Below, piece by piece: positions 48,460-64,000 of a DNA stretch of 64,000 nucleotides. Location of the stretch: contig NC_043021.1 of the NCBI RefSeq assembly GCF_006345805.1, forward strand, positions 28,706,001 through 28,770,000, read 5' to 3'. This stretch comes from Octopus sinensis. Taxonomy: Eukaryota. The position numbers and the translations under genes were made by a program. The number at the start of each line of letters is the position of its first letter. The first letter of the stretch is position 1. The notes under the pieces are model-generated. The model saw nothing but the letters and a program-made list of their open reading frames with translations, searched no databases and was not told the DNA's origin.

Positions 48460-51400
48460 TTACAGATTTATGCTTAAAATAGTGTCGTCTTTCATACTGA
48501 CCATTTTTGCCACTTTTACCCACTTTTTATTAAACATTCGTTCGACAAAGCCTTCCTCTCTATTCTCATCCTCCTTTTCAAGTGGTACTTGAAAAAGTTG
48601 ACGAGAGACTGACCAGAGAGGAAGGTGTTTGTTTGCAGTCCTTTCAAACGCGTCCACCACACACATTCTTTCGCCGCCATAGCCATCAGCGTAACGAAAA
48701 CCGTTTTCCCTTCCCGTTTAAAGGAAGGTGGTGGAACAATATTCACGATAGACTCGGCCGATAGGCGAGCCTGACCTACACGTGACAACAGCTGTTCGAC
48801 GAAGGACCACAGCTCTGAAATATCTGGACACTGCACGAGTGCGTGCAGAACGGTTTCGTCGCTCTGACCGCATCTCGGGCAGGTCGGTCCGGTGATGGTT
48901 TTCGAACCGTGTCTGTAGCTCTTCTCTCGAACAGGTAGTGCGTCTCGATAGCACTGCCAAGCCAGGGATTTCTGGAAGTTATCCATAGGCCCCGGCCCGA
49001 ACGTCGTCCTGAACAGGCGGGTTAGGAATTCCTCGTCGACGCCCAGGTTTGCCCCGAGTGTGTCGTCGGACCTCCCCTCCACTAGTCCTCTATAGAACGC
49101 TTTAGTCGTTTGGAAGTTGCACAAGTTTGACCCCGGTCGGCAGAGCTGCTGTAGAGCTTGGCGACACTCTCGGTGCCAATCGCCCAGTTTCGGTCTCTTT
49201 TTTTTTTGATCCACGTTTGCAGTTCGGTCAGTGAGACGAGCTGCGGGAAGTCGCGCCTCACAAACGGCGCCCACACCTGTTCACCGTCGTCGATGAATTT
49301 CCAGAGATGTCGCAGTCTCAGCGCATGCCTGCGCATCATCAACCACGGCATGCCCAGTCCTCCATTCAACGGATGTTGACAGCAAATGGACTTCCTCACC
49401 ATCGGAACGCCACCCTTCCACAGGAAGCGGAAGAGTATGCGTTCCAGTTTGGTGATGGTGGCGTCGGGACAAGGTACGACGGTCAGGCGGTAATCGATGA
49501 CGGATGCGATGTACGCGTTCGCCACCTCCGCCCGGCCTTTTAGAGACAGCTTTCTCTCGGCCCATGTTTGGCTGAGAGCGACCACTCTACTCGTGATCTC
49601 GTCCCAGTTCTTATCCATTTGGAGGTCCGGACTGAACCAGACCCCGAGCAATTTAACCGGTCCGTCCGTCCAGCGTCCCACTACTGAGCCGCAGTCGGAC
49701 GGCATGGGCTTGCTTCTCCAGGTGCCGAGTAGCAAACCCACTGACTTTTCCGGGTTAATCTTTGCTCCCGTCACCGTTTCATATTTTCTTAGTGTCTCGC
49801 CGACCATCTTGATGTGCTGGTCGCTCGACACTATGACGGTGACATCGTCCGCATATGCCGACACGCTCGTCCCGCAACCCAGTTCCCGTGGGATGCCCCT
49901 CAGTGTCGCCAGCTTCCGCAGTAGCGGCTCGAGAGTCAATACATACAGAAGCGCCGACAGGGGACACCCCTGACGGACCGAACGCGTGATGTCAAACGGT
50001 TTTCGACAGGTGACCGTTCACCCGAATCACCGATCGGATGCCGCTATACAAGGCAGCGATCCAACCGCGGAAGACGGGACCGAAGCCAGCCGCCCTGAGG
50101 ACGGCCGCCAAGTACCGATGGTCGACCCTATCGAAGGCTTTAGACTGATCCAAATTTATCAGCGCCCCACCCATGCCAGGATCCTTAACTACCCTGTCCA
50201 CAATGTAGCGCATCAGATGGAGGTTGTCATGTATGGTTCTGCCCGGCACGGCGCATGTTTGCGCCCTGTCGACCAGTTTACCAATGACAAGCGCCAACCT
50301 CTCGGCTATTACTTTGGCCAAATTTTCAAATCTGCGTTGAGCAGAGTGATGGGCCTGAAATTATCTATAAAATTCCCCTTGTTTGAGTCTTTCTTCAGCA
50401 ACGTCACTGCACCTCGGCTCACGAAACCGGGGATTCTCCCGTTTTGTTGCCAGTTGCAGTAGACTGATGCCAAGAGGTCGCCAAACAAGTCTGGCATTCG
50501 ACAATACAGCTCGTAGGGTAAACCATCCAATCCAGGCGACTTATCCCTCGCGCAGCCCGCCATCGCATCCCACACGTCAGCGGCTGTGATGGGACTTTCA
50601 CAACACTCCGCTCTCTCCGCTCTCTTGCCGAGCCGCGGCAGGTCGGTCAGGTAGGCACTGAAATCCATCCCTCGTTCCGACCCACCACTCGCACCAAACA
50701 GTCGAGCAAAGTGCTGTTGAAAGGCCTCACACATCCTTTCGGGTTCGAGTAAACTGCATCCCTGTTGATCTATTAGAGACCGAATGGTGATATCTGTTGC
50801 CACGCTGCGCCTCCGCTACCCGGGCCTCTCGCGCAGCTTCATCCCTTCGTTCCTTAAGGCACGCATTTTAGCTCTGACGACGCAACCTTCGTGCTTGGCG
50901 TTGAGGTGTTGGTCGAGGGCCATCCTCGCAGCCAGCACGTTGTTTTGCGCTGCCAGTGGTAAGTGCCTCTTCTAGTTTCTTAACTAAGTCTCCCTCTACT
51001 CTATTTCGTTCTATCGCTAATTCCTTGCTAAACCTAATTGATTCCGATTTTATTGCCATTTTCAGGGCGTACCACCAGCGGTTGTTAACGACCGCTCCCG
51101 TCAGCGCCCTCTTAATTAACTCGCTAATCCGGTTCCTGTAAACCTGTCGCGCTAACAGCGACGTGTTCAGTTTCCAGTAACCGGGACCCTGCCTATGTGT
51201 TTTATCTAAGTCGAGCGTACACGTAACAAATTTGTGATCTGTGTAGCTGACTATTTTAAATTGTGGACATCCTACACTATCCCTATCCGCTGTCCTGCAT
51301 AGAATTCTATCTAGATAAGATCTCGACGATCCGACGCGGTTTGTCCAAGTCCACGTTGGCACGTTCGGATGGTCGAGTCGGAACCTGTCAGACAAATGGA

Positions 51401-51923
51401 AACGTCTGAGCAGGTCTTTGAGGCTCTTACACCCCCTTCTATTCCTATCCCTTCCCACATAATCTAGATGCGTGTCCAAGGTAGCGTTCCAATCCCCTAC
51501 TAACAGTAAAGGTCTAGACGTACCCAGGAAAACCTCTAGACGTCTGAAGAAATCCGCCCGACCCGTTAAGGACGGTGCATAACTGCCATCAGACGGAATG
51601 CACACCCATTTCTGCTGCCACCACGTCCAAGACAACCAGCCTACCCTCCGGGTCTAGGAATATTGCTCTTACTTTTACCTTTAGACTCTTTCGAAAAAGC
51701 ACCGCAGTACCTCCACCACCCATGTTCGGCAGACAGGGAAAAAATAAATGTCAAATTGATTGCCAAACATGGACTCGAGGGCCCGCGGCTTACTGAGTCT
51801 GGTTTCACTGATAGCTACTATATCCACGTCCAGTGACTTGATGTCGTTTAGAAGGTAACCTTGCTTCCAAGCCGACGCCAAGCCACGCGCATTCACACAA
51901 CCTAATTTAAGCATACTTGACAT
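48460..51923 (-). pseudogene. Tx1 ORF2 (APE endonuclease, RT, C-terminal CCHC), frameshifted
   Basis: LGCVNARGL, IVAISET, LLVGDWN, SRSYLDRI, SYTDHK, KSPGLDGLPYE, FRPITLLNAD, LDQSKAFDRVDH, RQGCPLS, SAYADDVT, CPRCGQSDETVLHALVQC. Confidence 0.92.
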
Positions 51924-51929
51924 TTACGA

Positions 51930-53851
51930 AAATTGTGTTTTACACACTATATTAGAAGAGACAAGAGGCAAGAAGTGAGGTCACTTACTCATTTTAAAAG
52001 TTTCATTTTTTCTTCTTCTTCTTTTGTATCGTTTTTGATGAGGTTTTTGTATAGTTTTTTCGACAGGTATCGTTGATACCCGCCTACCGCATTCGGAAAT
52101 AATGTTTTCAGTATGTGGTGTTGTGCTTGTGTTATGTGTAAAATTCTGATGTTTTCGGTGGTGTGGTGTGCGGATGATTGTTTGTCTTAAAGTCATCTTC
52201 ACAGACGACCATGTTAGATTTGATGTAGTCCATTAATTCTTTATTGTCTGTGTCTATTGCAGTTAGTTGTGTGTGTGGTTTTACGGGTTCATTACTTTTT
52301 TGATTGTCTAGGGGAATGTTGTCCTGAGTGAGATATCTCCCTGCTTTAATTCCTTGTTTGGTGGATTTTTTGGATCTTTTTCTTTTACCCCCTGTGGCTA
52401 TTTGCCATTCCGTCGAACTTTCGTCGTCCGGGTATCAGTATGGGGTAAGAGGAAAAAAGACAGGATCACTATGTATGCTTGTATAAATTGTTGATGTTTT
52501 GTGCGGTGTTTGTGTTGTTGTGGTGTTAGGGGTAGCATTTGTCTTCTCGTCAGTGTTTTCTGTCTTTTTAATTGTCGTCCTGGGTGTGGGTGTGGGTCTT
52601 TTTTTTTGAAGATCAACAAGTTTAATTGGTTGTGACGTCAACGGTGATTGTGTTGGTACTGTTTTTTTCTTGGTGATTTTTGGTTGGTTTGTTGTTTTCT
52701 TTGGCGTTGTTCCATAATTGAGTGTGTTGGTGTTGGTGTTGGCAACAAAGGGATTTTATTTGTTTTCTGATGTTGTTCTTTCTTGTTTTTTCTGTACCAG
52801 ATCGCACTTGGCAATCAAATGTTCGGGGCTGCCACATTTGTAGCATCTAGGCTTTTTGCCTTCTGCCATAACATATAGGCATTGCCCATTCTCCAAGTAT
52901 ATCTTGTCGGGTAGGCTCTCGATAGAGGCCCCCTCAATCTGGATGGTCACACTACTGTTTTTTTCCACCAATTGTCGTTTAGGTACACGGCTGTTTCTAG
53001 AATATTGATCTTTTTCAAGTGGTAACAGATTGCCCCTGTTATCCATTTGTTCGGCATATCGGGGGTACATTTCTGATAGTAATTCTACTCACCCTCTGGT
53101 TTTTATAATAAGGGACCATGATGATTTCATCATTTCCCAGAGACTCAGTAGAGTGAGCTTTTGCCACTTCCTGTTAGGGAAGCGGACCACTACTGTGTTA
53201 AACTGGGGACCCCAGTTTATATACTCTTTTTTTCTTTCATTATATTTTTTAAAAATTTCTCTCACATCAGTTTTTGTAATCTGTTCATTTGGTTTTTTGT
53301 TTTTTCTAATAATTTTATATACAATTGTCTTATTTTCTATTTCTTGTTTATATGTTGAGGTGTATGCAGGACTAAATCTTGTCCACGGGTTGTAAGAGAG
53401 GCTCTTGTTTCTATGAGCTCTTCATTTGTGAATGTAACAATCTCCTTTTTCTGGCGAAGAATTCTGCGAAATTTACTGTTGTTGACTTTTTTTGTATTGG
53501 CATCTTCACTATTAGATAGTTCATTTTTATTGTTGTTCTTGTTGTTGCTGTTGTTTTTGTCAATAGTTTTCGTTTCAGTTTTATTTTTATCATTTATGTT
53601 GGTCGTGTAGTGGGTGGTGGTGGTGGTGGAGGTGGTGGTGGTAGCAGTTGTTGTCTCGTGGTTGCTGTTGTTAGTGTGTGTGGTGGCGGTGGTGACAGGG
53701 CTGTTAACGCACGTGGTTTGCAGCGTTCCTTTCACCGATTTCACGTTGGCATTTTCCGTGCGAACGTTCTTTTTTTTCTCTGTCGTTTCCAGACTAGGAA
53801 AATGTTGTTCCAAAAGAACGCGGCCAGCGTTCAACAATATTTTCTAGACAT
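51930..53851 (-). pseudogene. Tx1 ORF1 (gag-like), several frameshifts
   Basis: LYVMAEGKKPRCYKCGSPEHLIAKC, flanked by T/N/K-rich low-complexity regions. Confidence 0.75.
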
Positions 53852-54052
53852 TTTCTAATGTCGAGAAGAAAATAATAGAAATGAATGGGGGTCGAAACTG
53901 CCCCTAGGGGCGAATTCCTCCCTTGGAAAAGCACTCAAATGAAAGTTGGTTACCTTACACACCTTATTTGCAAAAATCTACACAAAATTGGCCTATAAAT
54001 AGTCAAAATAAATGATTACCTTCGAGCTGAAACGACATCACATCCGTCATAT

Positions 54053-54133
54053 ATAGATAGATAGATAGATAGATAGAAAGATAGAAAGATAGATAGATAG
54101 ATAGACAGATGATAGATAGATAGATAGATAGAT

Positions 54134-54199
<66 letters not shown>

Positions 54200-54200
54200 C

Positions 54201-54235
<35 letters not shown>

Positions 54236-54261
54236 AGATAGATAGAAGATAGAGAATAGAT
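54053..54261. repeat. (GATA)n array between Tx1 copies
   Basis: Direct reading of the sequence. Confidence 0.95.
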
Positions 54262-57200
54262 AACTTTCTTTTATTAGCCACACAGGCTGAATACAGAGGG
54301 GACAAATACAAATGCAGAGCTTTTCCATTTTCGAGGGTGGAAAAAAAAATAAAAATGTTAGATTGCTATCAAGGGATCGAGAGGAGGAAAAAAAGGAAAA
54401 AAAGGAAATCGTGTATCACAGAAATAATGATGTAAACATTGATATAAAAAGATGGGTTCATCCGTGGGGAGAAAAGCCTACAGAAAAGACCACGGGAACC
54501 CCAGTCAGGGAAATAATAACCACATGTATCGAAAATGCTCTCTTTCTTTCTTTTTTACGATCTACAGGATCATGCTCAAAATGGTTCGTTACTAGCACGC
54601 ACCATCTTTGCAACATTCACCCATCTTTTTTTGAATCTTTCGTCGAGAGACAAAACTTCCCTCTCCATTCTCACCTTCCTTTTCAAGTGGTACTTGAAAA
54701 AGTTGATGAGCGATTGGCCAGAGAGGTAAGTGTTTGTCTCTATCCTTTCGCTCGAGTCCACCACACACATTCTTTCACACCATGGCCACCAGTACGATGA
54801 AAACTGCCTTGCCTTCCCGGTTGAGGGAAGGGGGCGGAGCAATTCTGACGACAGACTCGGCCGATAGGCGGATTCGTCCCACACGTGACAGCAGCCGTTT
54901 TCGGCATAAGCCCACAGGTCGGAAATGGTTGGACATTGCACGAGTGCGTGCAGAACGGTTTCGTCGCTCTGACCGCATCTCGGGCAAGTCGGTCCAGTGT
55001 GTCTGGAACCGTGTCTGTAGAGCTTATCCTCGACAGGTAATGCTTCTCGATAGCACTGCCAGCCAGGGATCTTTGGTGATTGTTCATAGGTCCCGGCCCG
55101 AAAGTTGTCCTGACAGGCGGGTCAGGTTGTTCCTCGTCGACGCCCAGACTCTGCCCGAGTTCGTCGTCGCACCTCCCCTCCCCTAATCCTCTATAAATGC
55201 CTTTGTTGTGATGGAGTCGCACAAGTTCGATCCCGGACGGCAGAGTTGCTTGAGAGCGACGCGACACTCGCGGTGCCATTCGCCTAGCCTCGGTCTCTCT
55301 GCTTGATCCATGACTGTAGTTCGTCCAAGGAGACGAGCTGCGGGAAAGCGCGCCGCACAAAAGGCGACCACCCCTGTTCACCGTTGTCTATGAAGCGCCG
55401 GAGATGTCGCAGTCTCAGCGCATGTCTGCGCATCATCAACCACGGCATGCCCAGCCCTCCATTTAGCGGGTGTTGCAGCAGCAAATGGATCGCCTAACCA
55501 TCGGAACGTTTCCCTTCCACAAGAAGCGGAAGAGTATGCGTTCCAGTTTGGTGATGGTAGGGTCGGGACAAGGCACGGCGGTCAGACGATACTCGATGAC
55601 GGATGCGATGTACGCGTTCGCCACCTCCGCCCGACCTTTTAGGGATAGCTTTCTCTCAGTCCATTTCTGGGTGAGAGTAGCCAACCTAGTCGTTATCTCG
55701 CCCCAGTTCTTCTCCATTTGGAGGTCCGGACCGAACCAGACCCCGAGCAATTTAACCGGTCCGTCCGTCCAGCGTCCCACGATGGAGACGCTGTTGGACG
55801 GCATGGGCTTGCTTCTCCAGGTGCCGAGCCGCAAGCCCACTGACTTTTCCCGGTTAATTTTTGCTCCCGTTACCGCTTCGTATTCTTTCAGTGTCTCGCC
55901 GACCAGCTCGATGTGCTCGTAGCTCGACACTATGACGGTGACGTCATCCGCGTATGCAGACACGCTCCTCCCGCATCCAGCTCTCGTGGGATGCCCCTCA
56001 GCGTCGCCAGTTTCCGCAGTAGTGGCTCAAGAGTCAGTACATACAGCAGCGATGAGAGGGGGCATCCCTGACGAACCGAACGCATGATGTTAAAAGGTCT
56101 GGATAGATGACCATTTACGCGAACTACTGAGCGGATGCGCTGTATAAGGCAGCGATCCAACGCGGGAAAACTGGACCGAAACCAGCCGCTTTGAGGACAG
56201 CCTCCAAGTAGTGATGGTCTACCCTATCGAAGGCTTTTGATTGATCCAAATTGATCAGCGCCCCACCCATGCCAGGATTTTTAACTACCCTGTCTATGAT
56301 GTAGCGCATCAGGTGGAGGTTGTCATGAATACTTCTACCCGGCACGGCGCATGTTTGCGCCTTGTCGATTAGTTCTTGATGACAAGCGCCAACCTCTCGG
56401 CTAACACCTTGGCCAAATTTTCAAATCTGCGTTGAGCAGAGTGATGGGCCTGAAATTATCTATGGCGTCCCCCTTGTTTGGGTCTTTCTTGATCAGTGCC
56501 ACTGCTCCTCGCTTTACAAAAGCAGGAATACTCCCATTCTGCTGTCAGTTGCAGTAGACAGCTGCCAAGACGCCTCCAAACAAGTCTGGCATATGAAAAT
56601 AAAATTCGTAGGGCAGACCATCCAAGCCTGGTGACTTGTCTCTCGCGCAGCCTACCATCGCATCCTGTACGTCCGCAGCTGTGATAGGCTTTTCACAAGA
56701 CTCCACCTCCCTTGCTGAGAGTCGTGGCAAGGCATGCAGGTAGGCACTAAAGTCCACTCTGCTTTCTGACTCACCACTTGTCCCAAACAGTTGAGTGAAG
56801 TGTTGTTGAAAAACCCCACACATCCTTTTAGGCTTGAGCAATTCGCGCCCCTGTTCATCTATAAGAGACTTGATGGTGGCTCTGTTGCCTCGTTGCGTCT
56901 CCACCACTCGGGCCTCTTGGGCGGCTCCAACTCCTTCGTTCCTCAGAGCACGCATCCTAGCTCTGACAACGCATCCTTCGTGTTTGGCGTTGAGGTGTTG
57001 GTCGAGGGCCAATCTCGCCGCCAGTACATTGGACGCGATGCCAGTTCTAAGTGCCTCTTCTAAAACCTTAACTAAATCTCCCTCTATTCTATTTCGGTCT
57101 AATGCTAGGGCTCTACTGTATCTGACTGATTCTGCTTTAATCGCTTTTTTTAGGGCATACCACCATCTGTTGTTGATGATGGTACCCGTCAAAGCTCTCT

Positions 57201-58300
57201 TAACTAATGTGCTGATCCGGTCCCTGTAAACTGTCGTGCTGTAAAAGACGCGTTCAGTTTCCAGTAACCAGGACCCTGCCTATGTGTCTTATCTAAGTCA
57301 AGTGTACAAGTCACAAACTTGTGATCTGTGTAACTGACTATATGAAATTGTGGACAACCTACACTATTTTTATCTATTGTCCTACAGAAAACTCTATCTA
57401 AGTATGATCTGGACGACCCGATGCGGTTACTCATGTCCACATTGGCACATTCGGGTGGTCCAGTCGGTACCTGTCAGACAGTTGGAAACGTCTGAGCAGG
57501 TCTTTGAGGCATTTGCATCCCCTTCTATTGCTATCTCTGCCCACGTAGTCTAGATGCGTGTCCAGGGTGGCATTCCAATCCCCCACTAAAAGTGAAGGAC
57601 GAGACGTTCCCATGAAAGACTCTAGACGTCGAAAGAAATCTGGTCGGCCTGTTAAGGACGGAGCATAAACTGCTATCAGTCGAAAAGCACACTCATTGCT
57701 GCCATCGATATCCAAAACGACCAGCCTACCCTCCGGGTCTAGGAAATTTGCTCTTACTTTGAGATCCAGACTCTTCCGGATAAGCACCGCGGTGCCACCT
57801 CCGCCCATTCTCGGTAGACACGGAGAAAAATAAATGTTGAAATGTGTACCGAAAATGTGCTGGAGTGCCCGCAAGCTGTGGAGTCTGGTCTCACTGATGG
57901 CTATGATATTCAGATTTAGTGACTTGATGTCATTTAACAGGTAGCCTTGTTTCCAAGGCGACACCAAGCCACGTACATTTATACTACCTATTCTGAGCAT
58001 GTTCCGATAAAAGTGCAAAAAAGGAAAAGGAGAGAGAAAAGGTTACTTGTTTTTCAAATGTTCTTTGTCTTTCACCTCACGGTCGTCTTCTATGAGGCTT
58101 TTATACAGTTTTTTCGATGAGTACTTTTGAAATCTCCCTACTGCATCAGGGTAAAGAGATTTCAGGGTGCTGTATGTGTTCTGTGTCACGTGTATTATTT
58201 TAATGTGTTGTGGTGGTGTTGTGTGTGGGTGGTTACTTGTTTTTATGTCGTTTTCAGTAATGTTAGTGTTTGACCTAATGTGTTCCATTAGGTCGTGGTT
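54262..58300 (-). mobile_element. Tx1 LINE, second copy (whole ORF2 at ~54576-58000, 5'-truncated in ORF1), frameshifted
   Basis: MLRIGSINVRGL...IAISETRL...LLVGDWN, QSKAFDRVDH, RQGCPLS, AYADDVT. The 3' end is ggctaataaaagaaagtt|atct. Confidence 0.9.
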
Positions 58301-61625
<3,325 letters not shown>

Positions 61626-61631
61626 AGTATC

Positions 61632-61710
<79 letters not shown>

Positions 61711-61711
<1 letters not shown>

Positions 61712-62286
61712 GTATCTGGTGGACGCGTCTGAAAGGATTGGAGACAAACACTTTCCTCTCTGGTCAATCTCTCATCAACTTCTTCAAGTACCACTTGAAA
61801 AGGAAAGTGAGAGTAGAGAGGCAAGTTTTGTCTAGCGAATGTTTTAAAAAAAGATGGGTGAATGTAGCAAGAATGGCACGTATGAATGACGAAGCCACCT
61901 TGAGGATGATCCTATGAACCCAGAAATTGAAAACAGAGAGTTGCTTATTCGCAAAAAAAAAAAAAGAAATATAACATGTGACTCCATTGACCGAGGTTAC
62001 CGTGGTCTTTTCCGTAGGCTTTTCTTTTCACGGGTAAACCTCACCTTCCTCCCCTTTACACTTCATATTGACATTTCTGTGATAACGGTCCCTATTGATC
62101 AATTTTTTTTCCTCTCCCCCCTTTTTTTTAAACCCCCCCCCTTTTTTTGTCCTCTTTCTCTCCTTTTACGATCCCTTTTGATCGAAACACCCTTCCTTTT
62201 TTTTTTTTTTTAAACCTTCAAAAGAAAAGCTCTACCTTGTAATTTGTTCTATCTGTGTGCAGCCCTGTGTGGCTAATAAAGAAACA

Positions 62287-62287
<1 letters not shown>
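61711..62287 (+). mobile_element. Tx1 LINE 3' fragment on the plus strand inside (TATC)n
   Basis: CIWWTRLKGLETNTFLSGQSLINFFKYHL...MIL*, then a 3' UTR ending ggctaataaagaaacat|atct. (TATC)n lies at 61633-61710 and 62288-62557. Confidence 0.92.
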
Positions 62288-62355
<68 letters not shown>

Positions 62356-62360
62356 GTCTG

Positions 62361-62395
<35 letters not shown>

Positions 62396-62420
62396 GTCTA
62401 TCTATCTATCTATCTATCTT

Positions 62421-62464
<44 letters not shown>

Positions 62465-62522
62465 GTTATCTATCTATCTATATCTATCTATCTATCTATC
62501 TATCTGTCTATCTATCTATCTG

Positions 62523-62558
<36 letters not shown>

Positions 62559-62575
62559 GATAGATAGATAGATAG

Positions 62576-62624
<49 letters not shown>

Positions 62625-62678
62625 CATATACATATATATATATATATTATATAGATAGAGATAGATAGATAGATAGAT
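62288..62678. repeat. (TATC)n to (GATA)n polarity switch at tctaga (62555-62560)
   Basis: Direct reading of the sequence. Confidence 0.9.
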
Positions 62679-63977
62679 ATGTTTCTTTATTAGCCACACA
62701 GGGCTGCACACAGATAGAACAAATTACAAGGTAGAGCTTTTCTTTTGAAGGTTAAAAAATAAAAAATAAAAAAATAAAATAAAAATAAAATAAAAAACGG
62801 GGGTCGATCAAAAGGGATCGTAAAAGGAGAGAAAGAGGACAAAAAAAAGGGGGGGTTAAAAAAAGGGGGAGAGGAAAAAAATTGATCAATAGGGATCGTT
62901 ATCACAGAAATGTCAATATGAAGTGTAAAGGGGAGGACAGGTGAGGTTTACCCGTGGAAAGAAAAGCCTACGGAAAAGACCACGGTAACCTCGGTCAATG
63001 AAGTCACATGTTACATTTCTTTTTTTTTTTTTTTTTTGCAAATAAGCAACTCTCTGTATTAATTTTTACGGTTCATAGAATCATAGTCAAGGTGGCTTCG
63101 TCATTCATACGTGCCATCCTTGCTACATTCACCCATCTTTTTTTAAAACATTCACTAGACAAAACTTGCCTCTCTACTCTCACTTTTTTCTTCAAGTGAT
63201 ACTTGAAGAAGTTGATGAGAGATTGACCAGAGAGGAAAGTGTTTGTCTCTAATCCTTTCAGACGCGTCCACCAGATACATTCTTTCGCCATAGCCACAAG
63301 TATGATAAAAATAGCTCTTCCTTCCCGTTTGAAGGAAGGAGGCGTGACGATATTAACGATAGACTCGGCTGATAAACCGACACGTCCCACACGTGACAGC
63401 AGTCGTTCGACATAAGTCCACAGGTGGGAAATTGCTGGACACTGCACGATTGCGTGCAGAGCGGTTTCGTCGCTCTGCCCGCATCTCGGGCTGGTCGGCC
63501 ACGTGTTTCTCGAGCCATGCCTATAGAGCTTATCCCGAACGGGTAGCGCTTCTCGGTAGCACCGCCAGGCCAGGGATCTCTGGAAGTTGTCCATAGGTCC
63601 CGGGCCGAAAGTCGTTTGAAACAGGCGGGTCAGGTATTCCTCGTCGACGCCCAGGTTTGCCCCGAGCTCGTCGTCGTACCTCCCCTCCACTAATCCCCTA
63701 TAGAATGCTTTGGTTGTGTTGAAGTCACTCAAGGTCGACCCGGGACGGCAGAGTTGCTTGAGAGCAACGCGACACTCGCGGTGCCATTCGCCCTTCTTCG
63801 GCCTCTTTTTGATCCACGACTGTAGTTCGGTCATGGAGACGAGTTGCGGGAATGCGTGCCTCACAAACGGCGACCACACCTGTTCACCGTCGTCTACATA
63901 GAGCCGGAGATGTCGCAGTCTCAGCGCGTGTCTGCGCATCATCAACCACGGCATGCCCAGCCCTCCTTTTAACGGGT
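62679..63977 (-). mobile_element. Tx1 LINE, 5'-truncated copy (293-aa ORF2 C-terminus at 63073-63954)
   Basis: GLGMPWLMMRRHALRLRHL...MIL*. The 3' end is joined to ATCT repeats and the 5' end to (TA)n. Confidence 0.92.
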
Positions 63978-64000
63978 AAATATATATATATATATATAGA

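Larger units (their letters stand above)
48162..54052 (-). mobile_element. Tx1/L1-clade LINE, apparently full length (~5.9 kb), (GATA)n on both sides
   Basis: 5' UTR, ORF1 with CCHC knuckle, ORF2 with APE-RT-zinc finger, and a 3' UTR ending gccctgtgtggctacaataaaaaagtt|atct. Confidence 0.9.

Overview
AT-rich, microsatellite-dense animal genomic DNA, almost entirely transposon-derived. An octopod cephalopod origin is inferred from the tRNA-derived SINE families and the (TA)n/(GATA)n load. No host gene can be supported with confidence, and most short ORFs in the track are microsatellite artefacts. Main content: (1) a Penelope-like element (PLE) with two near-identical pseudo-LTRs at 1-6040; (2) about nine type I hammerhead ribozyme (HHR) or HHR-like motifs read by eye, some with non-canonical cores, in PLE-type direct or inverted repeats embedded in (TA)n; (3) fragments of RTE, CR1-like and R4/Dong-like LINEs, mariner and DD37D transposons, and many SINEs; (4) three gag-knuckle ORF1-only retroelements, two with 15-16 bp target-site duplications (TSDs); (5) a 16-kb nest (48.0-64.0 kb) of Tx1/L1-clade LINEs whose 3' ends are all joined to (ATCT)n. 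The leading candidate system is a GATA-microsatellite-targeting Tx1 family together with ORF1-only (HAL1-like) relatives that share its 3' terminal stem-loop. All identifications are by eye from motifs; no database search was run, so novelty is unverified.
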